A stretch of 57,315 bases of DNA from Caldisericota bacterium (GTDB lineage: Bacteria; Caldisericota; Caldisericia; Cryosericales; Cryosericaceae): the NCBI GenBank assembly GCA_030652945.1, contig JAUSAI010000152.1, positions 1 through 57,315 on the forward strand, in the 5' to 3' direction. Below, one piece after another: positions 10,524 to 19,257 of this stretch (positions are counted from its first letter, which is position 1; every line of letters begins with the position of its first letter). A program made the translations under genes and the position numbers. Below the pieces are notes generated by a model, which was given only the letters and a program-made list of their open reading frames with translations, did no database searches and had not been told where the DNA came from.

Positions 10524-11660
10524 CTAGGGTACCGGGAAACGCGCAGATACGCTTGACTGGTCGATGGACACAATCTCGACCTTCGCATCATACACGAAGT
10601 CGAAGAATGCAGCCGACTGCGCGTTGAAGACAATTCGTACGGGAACTCCGGCAAGTGAGTCTCTGGTGCCGACGGCGACGGTTGCTGTCGCTGTTACCGA
10701 CTCCCCTTCAAACAGGAAACGTCCGCTCATGCCCCAGAGTTCGCACGGCTGTCCCAGCAAGGTTTCGGCCTGTGCCCTCTTCTCTATGGTGAAGAATCGC
10801 CCCGAGAACGTCGTCGGAAGCATGAGCAGGTCTTCGCATGTCTGCCTGAGGATGCGAGCGGCGGCGGCGGCGGTATCTCCCTTTGCTACATACGTGCCGT
10901 TCTCGAGAACATATCCGACCCCCCCTCGAAGCATGAGCGAGGACGAGGGATAGAGTGGATCTCCACTCGTAATCAACAGGTTCTCGCCACTCCTCACAAC
11001 CTGCCCGTCGAACGAGTGGTCCTGGGCCTTCAGCGTCCGACGATAGGACGCTGCTATGACATATGACGGCAACCGGGCGGGCGACACAAGGTTCAGCAAC
11101 TTCCCTTCCTGGAGAGCTATCTGCACCGAGGGTGCTGTGCTCCCCACCTTCATCTCGAAGGTGGCGTCGGCGAATCCCGGTCTGGTGACGCGCCCCGTGT
11201 AGCTTCCCTCTGCAAGGCCCTCGATGGCAAATGACCCGTCACTTCCCGTCGTCACGACGAGATTCCAGACCGTCACCGTCGCTCCGGCCAAGGGCTGGCC
11301 CCCTGCCGTCACCGTCCCTGTACCCAGGAATAGTGGGGCCAGCGTGACGGTTGGGGGGAGGCGCTGCAGATCGTCGACACTGAGAGACACCGCTTTGTAT
11401 CCGGTGGCCTCCACCGTCAGCTGCGTGCGATCAACCTCCACCTGTCCGGCGATGACTCCTGCGGTGCCGGCCTCCAATACCGTCGTGCCGCTGGTCCCCG
11501 TGAAGGTTGCGGTCGCTGTGGCAACGGAACCCCCGGAGCGAGCTGACAGTACCTGGAGGGATACGGCGGTGCGCGGCGTACATCCAGTCAATGCAGCCAG
11601 GCATACCGCCACGATGAGACAAAGCGTCAGGGCCCGATTCTTCGAAGCTTGCTGCACCAT
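10524..11660 (-). CDS. putative lipoprotein with carboxypeptidase-regulatory-like beta-sandwich
   Basis: Signal peptide with lipobox LTGC; GQPLAGATV...T.SDGSF..GL.EGSY pattern. Confidence 0.7.
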   Translation of the reverse strand: MVQQASKNRALTLCLIVAVCLAALTGCTPRTAVSLQVLSARSGGSVATATATFTGTSGTTVLEAGTAGVIAGQVEVDRTQLTVEATGYKAVSLSVDDLQRLPPTVTLAPLFLGTGTVTAGGQPLAGATVTVWNLVVTTGSDGSFAIEGLAEGSYTGRVTRPGFADATFEMKVGSTAPSVQIALQEGKLLNLVSPARLPSYVIAASYRRTLKAQDHSFDGQVVRSGENLLITSGDPLYPSSSLMLRGGVGYVLENGTYVAKGDTAAAAARILRQTCEDLLMLPTTFSGRFFTIEKRAQAETLLGQPCELWGMSGRFLFEGESVTATATVAVGTRDSLAGVPVRIVFNAQSAAFFDFVYDAKVEIVSIDQSSVSARFPVP

Positions 11661-11662
11661 GA

Positions 11663-12193
11663 TCAGCTTCTGGGAATTCGCGTGATGTGTCCGCCCATTG
11701 TCGAGCGCGTGTCAAGGATGGAAACGAAAGCATCCGGCGCCATCTCGGACAGCGTCCGGTTAAGCAAGACGATGTTCCTGCGCATCGTTGTCGTCAGCAG
11801 GATAGTACGATTGCTGTCCATGCCAGATCCCGAGATCGTCGTGATGCCAAATCCGCGGTCGCGCAGATGATAGGCGAGCCGATACGCGTCACCGTTGGGG
11901 ATGATGAGCCACGTCTGGTTTCCGATTGCGAGTTTCTGCTCCAGCCAGATGCCAAGCAGGGCGCCAACAGCATAGCCCAGAGCATATCCCAACATCTTGT
12001 AGATCGTCATGTTCGCAAGCACCTGAGAAAGCCCCACCAGATATACCAGCACTTCGCAGAACGCGAAGACAAAGGTGAGCAGGCGTCGACCCTTGACCAG
12101 GAAGTTCATGGTCAGCGTCTGGAGAGCCATGTTGACGAACTTGATCCCAAACACGAACAGGACAGACCAGGCTATCTCTTTGACCTGCTGCAT
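11663..12193 (-). CDS. UPF0316 (DUF5698/DUF2179) membrane protein
   Basis: TM helices, YALGYAVG..LGIWLEQKLAIG, LRDRGFGIT; GAGGAGG RBS. Confidence 0.8.
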   Translation of the reverse strand: MQQVKEIAWSVLFVFGIKFVNMALQTLTMNFLVKGRRLLTFVFAFCEVLVYLVGLSQVLANMTIYKMLGYALGYAVGALLGIWLEQKLAIGNQTWLIIPNGDAYRLAYHLRDRGFGITTISGSGMDSNRTILLTTTMRRNIVLLNRTLSEMAPDAFVSILDTRSTMGGHITRIPRS

Positions 12194-12223
12194 GGCTTAC
12201 CTCCTCAGCGCAGACATGCTCCA

Positions 12224-12251
12224 AGTATAGTGCGACGCTTCGTAGGCACAA
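12224..12251 (-). promoter_or_regulatory. sigma70 promoter
   Basis: TTGTGC-N16-TATACT. Confidence 0.6.
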
Positions 12252-12278
12252 GAAGACAGCGTCGACATCGCCACACTT

Positions 12279-12316
12279 GGTGCCTGGTCTTGAATTATCA
12301 GATATCTGTGGATAAC
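12279..12316 (+). repeat. left inverted repeat (16 bp + 11 bp spacer + CTGTGGATAAC)
   Basis: GGTGCCTGGTCTTGAA-ttatcagatat-CTGTGGATAAC; DnaA box at 12307-12315. Confidence 0.9.
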
Positions 12317-12365
12317 ATGAGAGTAGTGTGGACAACATGAGGTACACTACTCTTGGGGAGGGAAC

Positions 12366-13238
12366 GTGTCTCGACCGCTGCGTATTGAGTACGAAGGCGC
12401 CGTGTATCACATCACTACTCGCGGAAATCAGCAACAGACGATATTTCAGGACGATGACGACCGTATGCAGTTTCTGGAAGACCTGAACGAGACGATACGT
12501 CGCTATGGATGGATCATCTATGCATGGTGTCTCATGGGGAACCACTATCACCTTGTCCTCGAAACCCCACAACCCAATCTGTCAGCTGGGATGCGGCAAC
12601 TCAACGGACAGTATACACGCCACTGCAATAGACGACATGGTCGTGTGGGACACCTCTTCCAGGGAAGATTCGGTGCCGTTCTCGTCGAAAAGGACTCGTA
12701 CCTGTTGGCAGTCTGTCGATACGCGGTTCTGAATCCAGTACGAGCCCAAATGGTCGTCTCTCCCGAAGATTGGCCCTGGAGCAGTTACTTGGCGACCGCG
12801 TCGGGTTCGTGCGGTCCTCACGGCATTCTGACTGTCGAACCCCTGTTGCGGATGCTTGACACCAACATTCCGCATGCTATGGATACCTACGTCGATTTCA
12901 TTCGGTCCGGTATAGGGCGGCCGGGGATTGCCTCGAAGAAGGGTCCAGTGCAGGCAATCGGCTCTCCGTCATTTGTACGCGAGTTGGGAGAACGCCTGCT
13001 TCCGGCGGCATTCCATGCCTCGACTGCAGCGGCAGCTCTCGCAGCGACTCGCCCTCCCCTTGCCGAACTATTTGGGGCGGACGCTCGCCACTCACGCCTT
13101 CAATTGGGGTCACGCATTGTTGCGGCTTCGCACCTTGGCTACAAGTTGAGGGAGATAGCCGCCTGTCTTGGGGTTCACTACACAACCGTCAGTCGCTATC
13201 TGCATGCTGCAGAAGCTGCTGAAGCTTCGAGTCCATGA
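12366..13238 (+). CDS. REP-associated-type tyrosine (Y1 HUH) transposase with C-terminal HTH
   Basis: RPLRIEY.GAVYHIT.RGN, NHYHL (HUH), GHLFQGRF, RY..LNPVRA, WPWSSY; HTH GYKLREIAACLGVHYTTVSRY. Confidence 0.93.
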   Translation: MSRPLRIEYEGAVYHITTRGNQQQTIFQDDDDRMQFLEDLNETIRRYGWIIYAWCLMGNHYHLVLETPQPNLSAGMRQLNGQYTRHCNRRHGRVGHLFQGRFGAVLVEKDSYLLAVCRYAVLNPVRAQMVVSPEDWPWSSYLATASGSCGPHGILTVEPLLRMLDTNIPHAMDTYVDFIRSGIGRPGIASKKGPVQAIGSPSFVRELGERLLPAAFHASTAAAALAATRPPLAELFGADARHSRLQLGSRIVAASHLGYKLREIAACLGVHYTTVSRYLHAAEAAEASSP

Positions 13239-13279
13239 CTCGAAGCTTCATGCTGGAGGAACTACCTCTCTATTAACAG

Positions 13280-13317
13280 GTTATCCACAGTATTGCATGA
13301 TTTCAAGACCAGGCACC
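13280..13317 (-). repeat. right inverted repeat (16 bp + 11 bp spacer + CTGTGGATAAC)
   Basis: Minus strand reads GGTGCCTGGTCTTGAA-atcatgcaata-CTGTGGATAAC; TTATCCACA at 13281-13289. Confidence 0.9.
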
Positions 13318-13337
13318 GATGGGGAGGCACCCGGAGA

Positions 13338-13739
13338 CTACTGATTGGGGTTGAGTGGGATCACCAGCCAGCAGATGAGGTAGACGAGCACCCCGGTACC
13401 CCACGCCATGCCAAGCAGTGCCCATGCAATACGAACGATGGTCGGGTCGATGTCGAAGTACTCTGCGACACCCGCCGCGACGCCGCCAATGACCTGATTC
13501 CTGCGCGATCGGTACAGGCGCCTCGACGAATCATAGGAGGCACCAGTGCTCGTCGTCTTCTGCTGCTGAGCCTGCCCGCCGTTGTCCTGGATGGGCCCTT
13601 GTTGTGGTGACGGTGCTGGCGAGCAACTGGTGCACATGATTCTCCCGTCTACCAGGACGACCTCGTCCCGCGCAAGCGCTTTCCCGCACTTCGTGCAGAT
13701 GCCGACTGCTTCTTCCTCGGGTCTCTCAAAACTCTTCAT
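13338..13739 (-). CDS. pspC: PspC domain protein with N-terminal Cys4 (B-box-like) finger
   Basis: RRLYRSRRNQVIGGVAAGVAEYFDIDPTIVR is a PspC motif; N-terminal CTKC...CTSC. Confidence 0.88.
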   Translation of the reverse strand: MKSFERPEEEAVGICTKCGKALARDEVVLVDGRIMCTSCSPAPSPQQGPIQDNGGQAQQQKTTSTGASYDSSRRLYRSRRNQVIGGVAAGVAEYFDIDPTIVRIAWALLGMAWGTGVLVYLICWLVIPLNPNQ

Positions 13740-14266
13740 TTCTTACCTCCCTTGACGAGCACCGCTAGCCCAAGTACGAGAAACAGGATGCCAACGGCCG
13801 ATCTCGTGATCATGGTAATCGTGTGTTGCGAGAACAGCTGCAGTCCCGAAAGGCAGACGACCACTCCCGCACACACAGTAAGCACTCCCCAGAGCAGGCT
13901 GTTCTTCGGCGAAACGCCCCCTGCATCGGTGCCGGGCGCCGCTGACAGCAGAATCGAGAGTCCTGCTGCGGCAATCGAAGCCCCTGCAAACATCGTGAAA
14001 CTGAACCGCACGATACCAGTCGCCTGCAGCAAAACGATGATCCCGACAAACCCAAGGAGTGCACTCCAGAAAACGCCGTCGTGGCTACTTTGCTGGTATC
14101 CAGTGACGACCCCGTAGACCCCCAGGAAGATGACAAACGCGGCAAACGGCACAATCAGGCTGAAATTGTACCTCGTGCCGGGAAACGCCTGCAACAGAAA
14201 GTGGATGCCAAAGACGACGAGCAGAGCGCTCAAGGCTACGCGTCGGTCCAGATTGTTGTTGCTCAC
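13736..14266 (-). CDS. LiaF/LiaI-like multi-pass membrane protein
   Basis: About 6 hydrophobic segments; translationally coupled in the ECF-PspC operon. Confidence 0.6.
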   Translation of the reverse strand: MSNNNLDRRVALSALLVVFGIHFLLQAFPGTRYNFSLIVPFAAFVIFLGVYGVVTGYQQSSHDGVFWSALLGFVGIIVLLQATGIVRFSFTMFAGASIAAAGLSILLSAAPGTDAGGVSPKNSLLWGVLTVCAGVVVCLSGLQLFSQHTITMITRSAVGILFLVLGLAVLVKGGKK

Positions 14267-15129
14267 TACTGCACCTCCAGAAGTTGAATCTTGCCAATAG
14301 TACTATTGATGTCGACGAAAAGCTGATGTTCTGCCCCAAGAGATGCCGCCGTGTTGAAGAAGGACCGCGTACCTGATGAGCTCAACCCCGTTGCGGTAAC
14401 ACGTCCCAACACGCTCCCTATGCGAATCTCGGCCCCTGGCTTCGACGGAACGCGGATGACCCCGTCGCCGAGTGCGCTTCGGACGACCACGTCTCCGTGT
14501 CGCTCCAGCGCACCCGAAAGGTCGAGGTCATAGTTCCCGGCCACGCTTCCTATGATGAACTCCGAGAAGTTGAGGTTGCCAAGGCGCACTCCCCTGAAGT
14601 CACCTGCAATACCGTCCAAAGTCACGGAATCCACGATGGAGCCAGGGATGGACACATCCATTTCGAGAGCCGCCGAGGCCCCAGTGAGCCTCAGTACATG
14701 GAGTTGCACCCGATCCAGCAACATTCGCGCTTCACCCACAAGCGTCAGGACAAGAGTACCACCGGTGGGGACAGTAACCGTGATCTGGTTGGTGGCCCCG
14801 CCTACCGAACTGTCTACGCGCAACCCGACGGTGTGTGGACTGGCCCGGGTGTCTTCACGGAATCCTGCGGTGTCCAGCCGCACTGTCGTATGTTCCTGTG
14901 AGTTGGACTCGACGAAGATCTGCACGTTGTCGCCGACGACAGAAATGCCGCCCTCCATCGACGGTGAAACATCGAGGATTGCTCCCTCTTCATACGAGAT
15001 CCCTCGTCGAAATCCGCCGGTCCGTGCATAGATTGTCACGAGGATGCTTCCAGAGAGAACGACGGCCGCAATCACCAGCGCAGTGACGATGCGGAGCCGC
15101 TGGTATGTGGCGGGTCGGAGATCAGTCAT
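14266..15129 (-). CDS. membrane-anchored beta-strand-repeat (toast-rack/DUF4097-like) protein
   Basis: N-terminal TM followed by repeated short beta units (S.AG...LDLSG, SALG...IRVP). Confidence 0.6.
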   Translation of the reverse strand: MTDLRPATYQRLRIVTALVIAAVVLSGSILVTIYARTGGFRRGISYEEGAILDVSPSMEGGISVVGDNVQIFVESNSQEHTTVRLDTAGFREDTRASPHTVGLRVDSSVGGATNQITVTVPTGGTLVLTLVGEARMLLDRVQLHVLRLTGASAALEMDVSIPGSIVDSVTLDGIAGDFRGVRLGNLNFSEFIIGSVAGNYDLDLSGALERHGDVVVRSALGDGVIRVPSKPGAEIRIGSVLGRVTATGLSSSGTRSFFNTAASLGAEHQLFVDINSTIGKIQLLEVQ

Positions 15130-15581
15130 GTTGCCGTCCTGGCCGGCGCGCCGAACAGGCGCTCACTAAGCGCAAGACTGCTCACAACAAGTGCGCCGAC
15201 GCTCACGAGTCCCGCAAGAAGGATTGCAGATCGCAGTTCACCAAGGTTCGGCCCCAGAATCACCTGAACGGCCTTCATCAGCAGAGGTGACTGTGTCGCA
15301 GTCAGATAGGCACCGAACATGAACAGCGCGATGAAGACCACGCTGAACAGCAGTGTCCCCACCAGAACCGCCACAGGTTCGCCATTTCGCATGGGATGCG
15401 ACAGCAGCTTCCCGAGGATACTGCGAGAGGTCTCCTTTCTTGCCCGTTGGAGTTCCCATGCGTCAATCCGCTGCCAGACACCGCACGAGAATCCGGGGGG
15501 AACGTCGAGATCGTGGGGTAGTGAGAACGTTCTGGACAGAAGCTGTCCCAACTCATCGTCTGTCAGATACTGTGTCTTCAT
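15126..15581 (-). CDS. putative membrane anti-sigma factor
   Basis: PPGFS..VW.RI motif plus two TM helices; ATGA overlap with the ECF sigma gene. Confidence 0.65.
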   Translation of the reverse strand: MKTQYLTDDELGQLLSRTFSLPHDLDVPPGFSCGVWQRIDAWELQRARKETSRSILGKLLSHPMRNGEPVAVLVGTLLFSVVFIALFMFGAYLTATQSPLLMKAVQVILGPNLGELRSAILLAGLVSVGALVVSSLALSERLFGAPARTAT

Positions 15582-16090
15582 GCTGTACCTCTCTCGTGCC
15601 GGGCCTCTATCTGCTTTCTCAGCGCGGCGCGCGCGCGAAACAACCGCACCTTTGCTGTCCCCTCTGCTACTCCAAGACGCTCCCCAACAGCTGCGAGCGA
15701 TAGTCGTTCGGCGTAGAACATCGTCAGAATCTCACGCTCGTCTTCTGCGATTCGTGTCATCGCCGTCACAACCTCCTGTTGTCTCCACTCGTCAGAATCC
15801 TCTTCTTCGGGTGCCGCCAGGATCTGTTCATCCGGAAGATCGCCCCCCTCGTGTCCCATCTTCCGCCAGTAGTCCACCAGACAGTTGTAGGCAATCGTCA
15901 TCACCCAGGGGAGAAACGGACGGCTCCGGTCGTAAGAAGGAAACTTGCGATAGGCCAGAAAAAACGCCTCTTGGGCCATATCGGCGGCAGTGCTGCGATC
16001 TCTGGTCTTTGTCGCCAGGAACGCATATACGGGGCGTTCGCTCTCCGCCATCAGCTGAGCGAAGAGCTCGCGGTCAGCTACTGCATCCAT
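15578..16090 (-). CDS. ECF RNA polymerase sigma factor
   Basis: D.AQEAF, F.PW...IA.N...D (region 2); GTAKVRLFRAR (region 4). Confidence 0.92.
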   Translation of the reverse strand: MDAVADRELFAQLMAESERPVYAFLATKTRDRSTAADMAQEAFFLAYRKFPSYDRSRPFLPWVMTIAYNCLVDYWRKMGHEGGDLPDEQILAAPEEEDSDEWRQQEVVTAMTRIAEDEREILTMFYAERLSLAAVGERLGVAEGTAKVRLFRARAALRKQIEARHERGTA

Positions 16091-16137
16091 CCACCTGCTC
16101 CTCTCCGCGGCTGATAGCTACTCGTCTTCACCTGACA

Positions 16138-16164
16138 TACGACGCTCGGAGAAAGAAGGTTACA
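16138..16164 (-). promoter_or_regulatory. candidate autoregulatory ECF promoter
   Basis: TGTAAC-N17-CGTA (with CGTC 3 nt earlier) upstream of the sigma gene. Confidence 0.5.
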
Positions 16165-16170
16165 GGAGTA

Positions 16171-17691
16171 TCAGCGCTCGCCCGGTCCGACTGCCTCCAG
16201 ATACCCGCGTTCCAGCATCCACTCGAAGATCTTGCCGGCTTTGGCATACGAGTAGCGCTCCTCGATGTCCTTGTATCCCAGCTCCACCATCTGGTTGTCC
16301 TCGATCAGGAAAAGGAACTGGACAATGATGCTCCCTCCTTCGGGGGCATCGCGGTTCTTGTCGATGTGCAGGTTCAAGATGTCAAAGTGTGGAATATGAT
16401 GTGGACTCACGAAACCTTCCCGCACGGCGTTCGCGATCTTCTCCTCCAGCTGCGCCGTATCGTGAAAGTCCTTGATGATGACCAGCGCGGCGTCGGCGTC
16501 GTACTCGATGTCACCACCACCCACACAGTTGAACATCGTCGGCCGTTCCTTTGAGCCTTCAACGTCCAGTCGGCAACCATCCTTGTCGAGCGATGAGACC
16601 GCCACGATGGGTGACTGCAGCTCTGTCGACAGTTGGGCAATCAACCCCGATACCTCGTCCACCTGCTTCTGCAGGCTCGCATACGGATTGACTGTGGGGA
16701 CTTTCTGCAGGTAGTCGAGGAAGATTACGCAGCGTTCAGCGTGGTGAGTGTCCATGATCCCGTACGCAACGCTGCGAATGTGTTCGATCGTATCCTGCCG
16801 ATCTCCCTCAAAGAGGTAGAGATAGTCCATGTACGACGAAGCCTCTTTGATGCCGCGATTGAACTTGGTCACCAGCTCCGAGCGTGTCCGGATGTCGCCC
16901 GTCTGGAGGACAAGCGGGTTGATCAGCGTTTCCTGCGAGAGGATGCGCGTGAGAAGAACTCGTCGCGTCTGTTCGTAGGAGTAGTAGAGAATCGGGATGC
17001 GTTCGTTGCGGGCAACCAGCGTTGCCATGCGGAGCATCAGGTTTGTCTTTCCGCGGCGCGGCGCCCCGCCAACGGCATAGTAGAACCCCGGCCGAAGCCC
17101 CGAGACTGCGAGGTTGAGGTTGTCGTACGGCGCGATACTGAGCCCCATGATGGAGGGTTGGTTCGGGTCCCTCGTGCGTACTTCTTCGACGTAGCGCAGC
17201 AGTTCCTCACGGATCGGTTCCTGCCTGCTCTGGGTCGAGAGACGAGTCACCTGTCGCAGCTGTTCGGTTATCTCCGCAGCAAAGTCCTCAACACGGCGAC
17301 CCTGTTTCTCCGCGTCGGTAAATTCCTCGATACTGTCAGCAATAGAACGCAGCTTGCGCCTGGCTGCCCTGGTCTTAAGGCGATCGAGCATCTCTATGAG
17401 AGTAGTCAGATCCTCTCCGCCGGCGTCGAACAGCTGACCTGCCAGCACAACCGTTGATGCCGGTGCGTGACGCTCTTCTGCAAGAGAGACCGCGAAAAGG
17501 GGAAGGTCGACCTTCCCACTCTCCTGGCGGTGATTGGCGCAGTACCAGTGAAAGGAATCGTAGATCGTCCGGAGGTCCCCGTCCTCGAATAGCGTCGAAT
17601 TGAGACCCAGCTTCTGCAGCTTCTCCAAGTGCTGTGGCGCTGCAAGTGCTCCCGCCACAAGGCGAAACTCCGTCCTATCTGTTGTCGACAT
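16171..17691 (-). CDS. DnaB-like (SF4) helicase, divergent
   Basis: Walker A GAPRRGKT, SYEQ, IFLDYLQ, GDIEYDAD, KNRD; ATG 17691 after GGAGG. Confidence 0.85.
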   Translation of the reverse strand: MSTTDRTEFRLVAGALAAPQHLEKLQKLGLNSTLFEDGDLRTIYDSFHWYCANHRQESGKVDLPLFAVSLAEERHAPASTVVLAGQLFDAGGEDLTTLIEMLDRLKTRAARRKLRSIADSIEEFTDAEKQGRRVEDFAAEITEQLRQVTRLSTQSRQEPIREELLRYVEEVRTRDPNQPSIMGLSIAPYDNLNLAVSGLRPGFYYAVGGAPRRGKTNLMLRMATLVARNERIPILYYSYEQTRRVLLTRILSQETLINPLVLQTGDIRTRSELVTKFNRGIKEASSYMDYLYLFEGDRQDTIEHIRSVAYGIMDTHHAERCVIFLDYLQKVPTVNPYASLQKQVDEVSGLIAQLSTELQSPIVAVSSLDKDGCRLDVEGSKERPTMFNCVGGGDIEYDADAALVIIKDFHDTAQLEEKIANAVREGFVSPHHIPHFDILNLHIDKNRDAPEGGSIIVQFLFLIEDNQMVELGYKDIEERYSYAKAGKIFEWMLERGYLEAVGPGER

Positions 17692-19057
17692 CGGAACCCT
17701 CCTGTCTCTGGAATATCCTGCCCACATAGTAGCCATGGGGCAAAAAAGCAACAGCCCCGTTGATAGTCAAGCGAACAGCTGCGACAGAGGGCAGTTCCGT
17801 CAATGTGAGGCGCAGTTGTTCGACCAGCAACTCCTCTCCTGCTCGATCTGCGGGCATCGACGGAATCGAGATGCCGATCGAGAGGGTTCCTGTCCCCGCG
17901 TCGAGCTGCATAGTAGTCACCGTACTCTCGGCCGGAATGAGAGAGGATTCTCCTTCTGGTGGGAGCGTCAGCTGACCGATCGACCGAACAATCATGTCGT
18001 TGCGGCTGGTTGAGGCGTTTGCCTGCAGTGTCACCGTGAGAACCGGAAGAAGATCCCCATCCACAGTCACAAGGCGGTATCCGACGATTGCCATTCCTGC
18101 CTCTACTCGGCCTCCGAGGCGGTACAGCGGCAGCTGTGTGGACATGTGTCCAAAGAGACTTGAAACGGGGTTGCCCCCCACGGATACGCGCACGCCACTG
18201 ACTCCTGACATTCTCGTCAGTGTCAGCACGAGACAGTCCAGCGCCTGCTGCTCTCGTTTCGCGTCGACTCCCACGTCCAGTACGTCCTGCACAAAGTCGA
18301 CCGTCGCCATCTGCCCTGTCACCGTGACTCCGCGCAGGTAGTGCGGGGGAGGCAGCACAGTTCTCAACCCCTCGCGCATCGGCCCATCCATCAAAGAACG
18401 CGTCAACTGATATGCTGTCTGAGACCGAGTCAGCCCAGAGGGTACGGTTCTCGATTCGACGACATACTTTCCGTCTGCAGTCAGGAAATACAGATCCGCC
18501 AGTTGACCGTTGTCGGGCATCTCCCGAAACGGGACCAGCTCTCGTTGGGTCTTGACATACGAGAAGAACGTGCCGAGCGGGCGGCCTTCGACAGAAACCT
18601 CCACTGCCTGGACGTCAGGAAGGCTCAGAAAGGTGTTGACCAGCTGTCTATAGAGAGCGAGCTCTTCCACGAACCCCATGGGGCGCTGTTCCTTCGGCGT
18701 CGACGTGACAACCCGCAAAACACCAGTTTGGACCCATGCCGCTCGACGAAGTGCAAATCCCTCGGGGACCGCCGTCGCAAGTCCTTGCCCCTCTGGTGGA
18801 ACACGCAGAAGCTCTAGTATCGCCCCGATTCTCTCCGTCCCGGCGGCAGGAAGGGGGACGGAGTGCGATGTCTTGACCGGCTCACGCGTTGTCTCATCCA
18901 GGTACCAGAGCTCCATGGACACGCTACGGCGGCTGGCAGTCCCGATACTGCCCCCGATGGCCAACGCGAACGCAAGGGCCAGGAGAAGAACCAGTACTCC
19001 CCAATCAGCGCGGTTCCTTCGGCTCCGCCTCTCGGCATATCCGCTACGAACAGGCAT
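17675..19057 (-). CDS. membrane-anchored protein with three GerMN domains
   Basis: N-terminal TM; three repeats ending LVNTFLSLPDVQAV / LVLTLTRMSGVSGV / LRLTLTELPSVAAV. Confidence 0.8.
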   Translation of the reverse strand: MPVRSGYAERRSRRNRADWGVLVLLLALAFALAIGGSIGTASRRSVSMELWYLDETTREPVKTSHSVPLPAAGTERIGAILELLRVPPEGQGLATAVPEGFALRRAAWVQTGVLRVVTSTPKEQRPMGFVEELALYRQLVNTFLSLPDVQAVEVSVEGRPLGTFFSYVKTQRELVPFREMPDNGQLADLYFLTADGKYVVESRTVPSGLTRSQTAYQLTRSLMDGPMREGLRTVLPPPHYLRGVTVTGQMATVDFVQDVLDVGVDAKREQQALDCLVLTLTRMSGVSGVRVSVGGNPVSSLFGHMSTQLPLYRLGGRVEAGMAIVGYRLVTVDGDLLPVLTVTLQANASTSRNDMIVRSIGQLTLPPEGESSLIPAESTVTTMQLDAGTGTLSIGISIPSMPADRAGEELLVEQLRLTLTELPSVAAVRLTINGAVAFLPHGYYVGRIFQRQEGSDVDNR

Positions 19058-19257
19058 TTGCTTTCCAGCGTTTGTCGCACGTCTTCATTTCGTCTATACT
19101 ATATCACATAAAGCACCGCCTGAGCGCTACGCGGAGTGATGCGCATCCTCTTTCCAGGAAACGGGTTTGCATGGTTCTCCGGGCAATCCTGGGTCGTGAG
19201 AATGTATACCATTCTGTCTGGGTTCGGGCATTCTCTTAGAAGGGTGAGGGAGCAGAG

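Larger units (their letters stand above)
12279..13317 (+). mobile_element. Y1/HUH (RAYT-like) element bounded by inverted repeats that contain DnaA boxes
   Basis: GGTGCCTGGTCTTGAA at 12279-12294 and its exact reverse complement at 13302-13317 enclose a single transposase gene. Confidence 0.8.

Noticed and set aside
13311-13331. AGGCACC repeated just outside the right TIR as a target duplication
   Set aside because: Not mirrored at the left flank; a 7-bp match is weak in GC-rich DNA
17675-19057. GerMN as evidence of sporulation
   Set aside because: GerMN domains occur widely in non-sporulating bacteria, and no other sporulation genes are present
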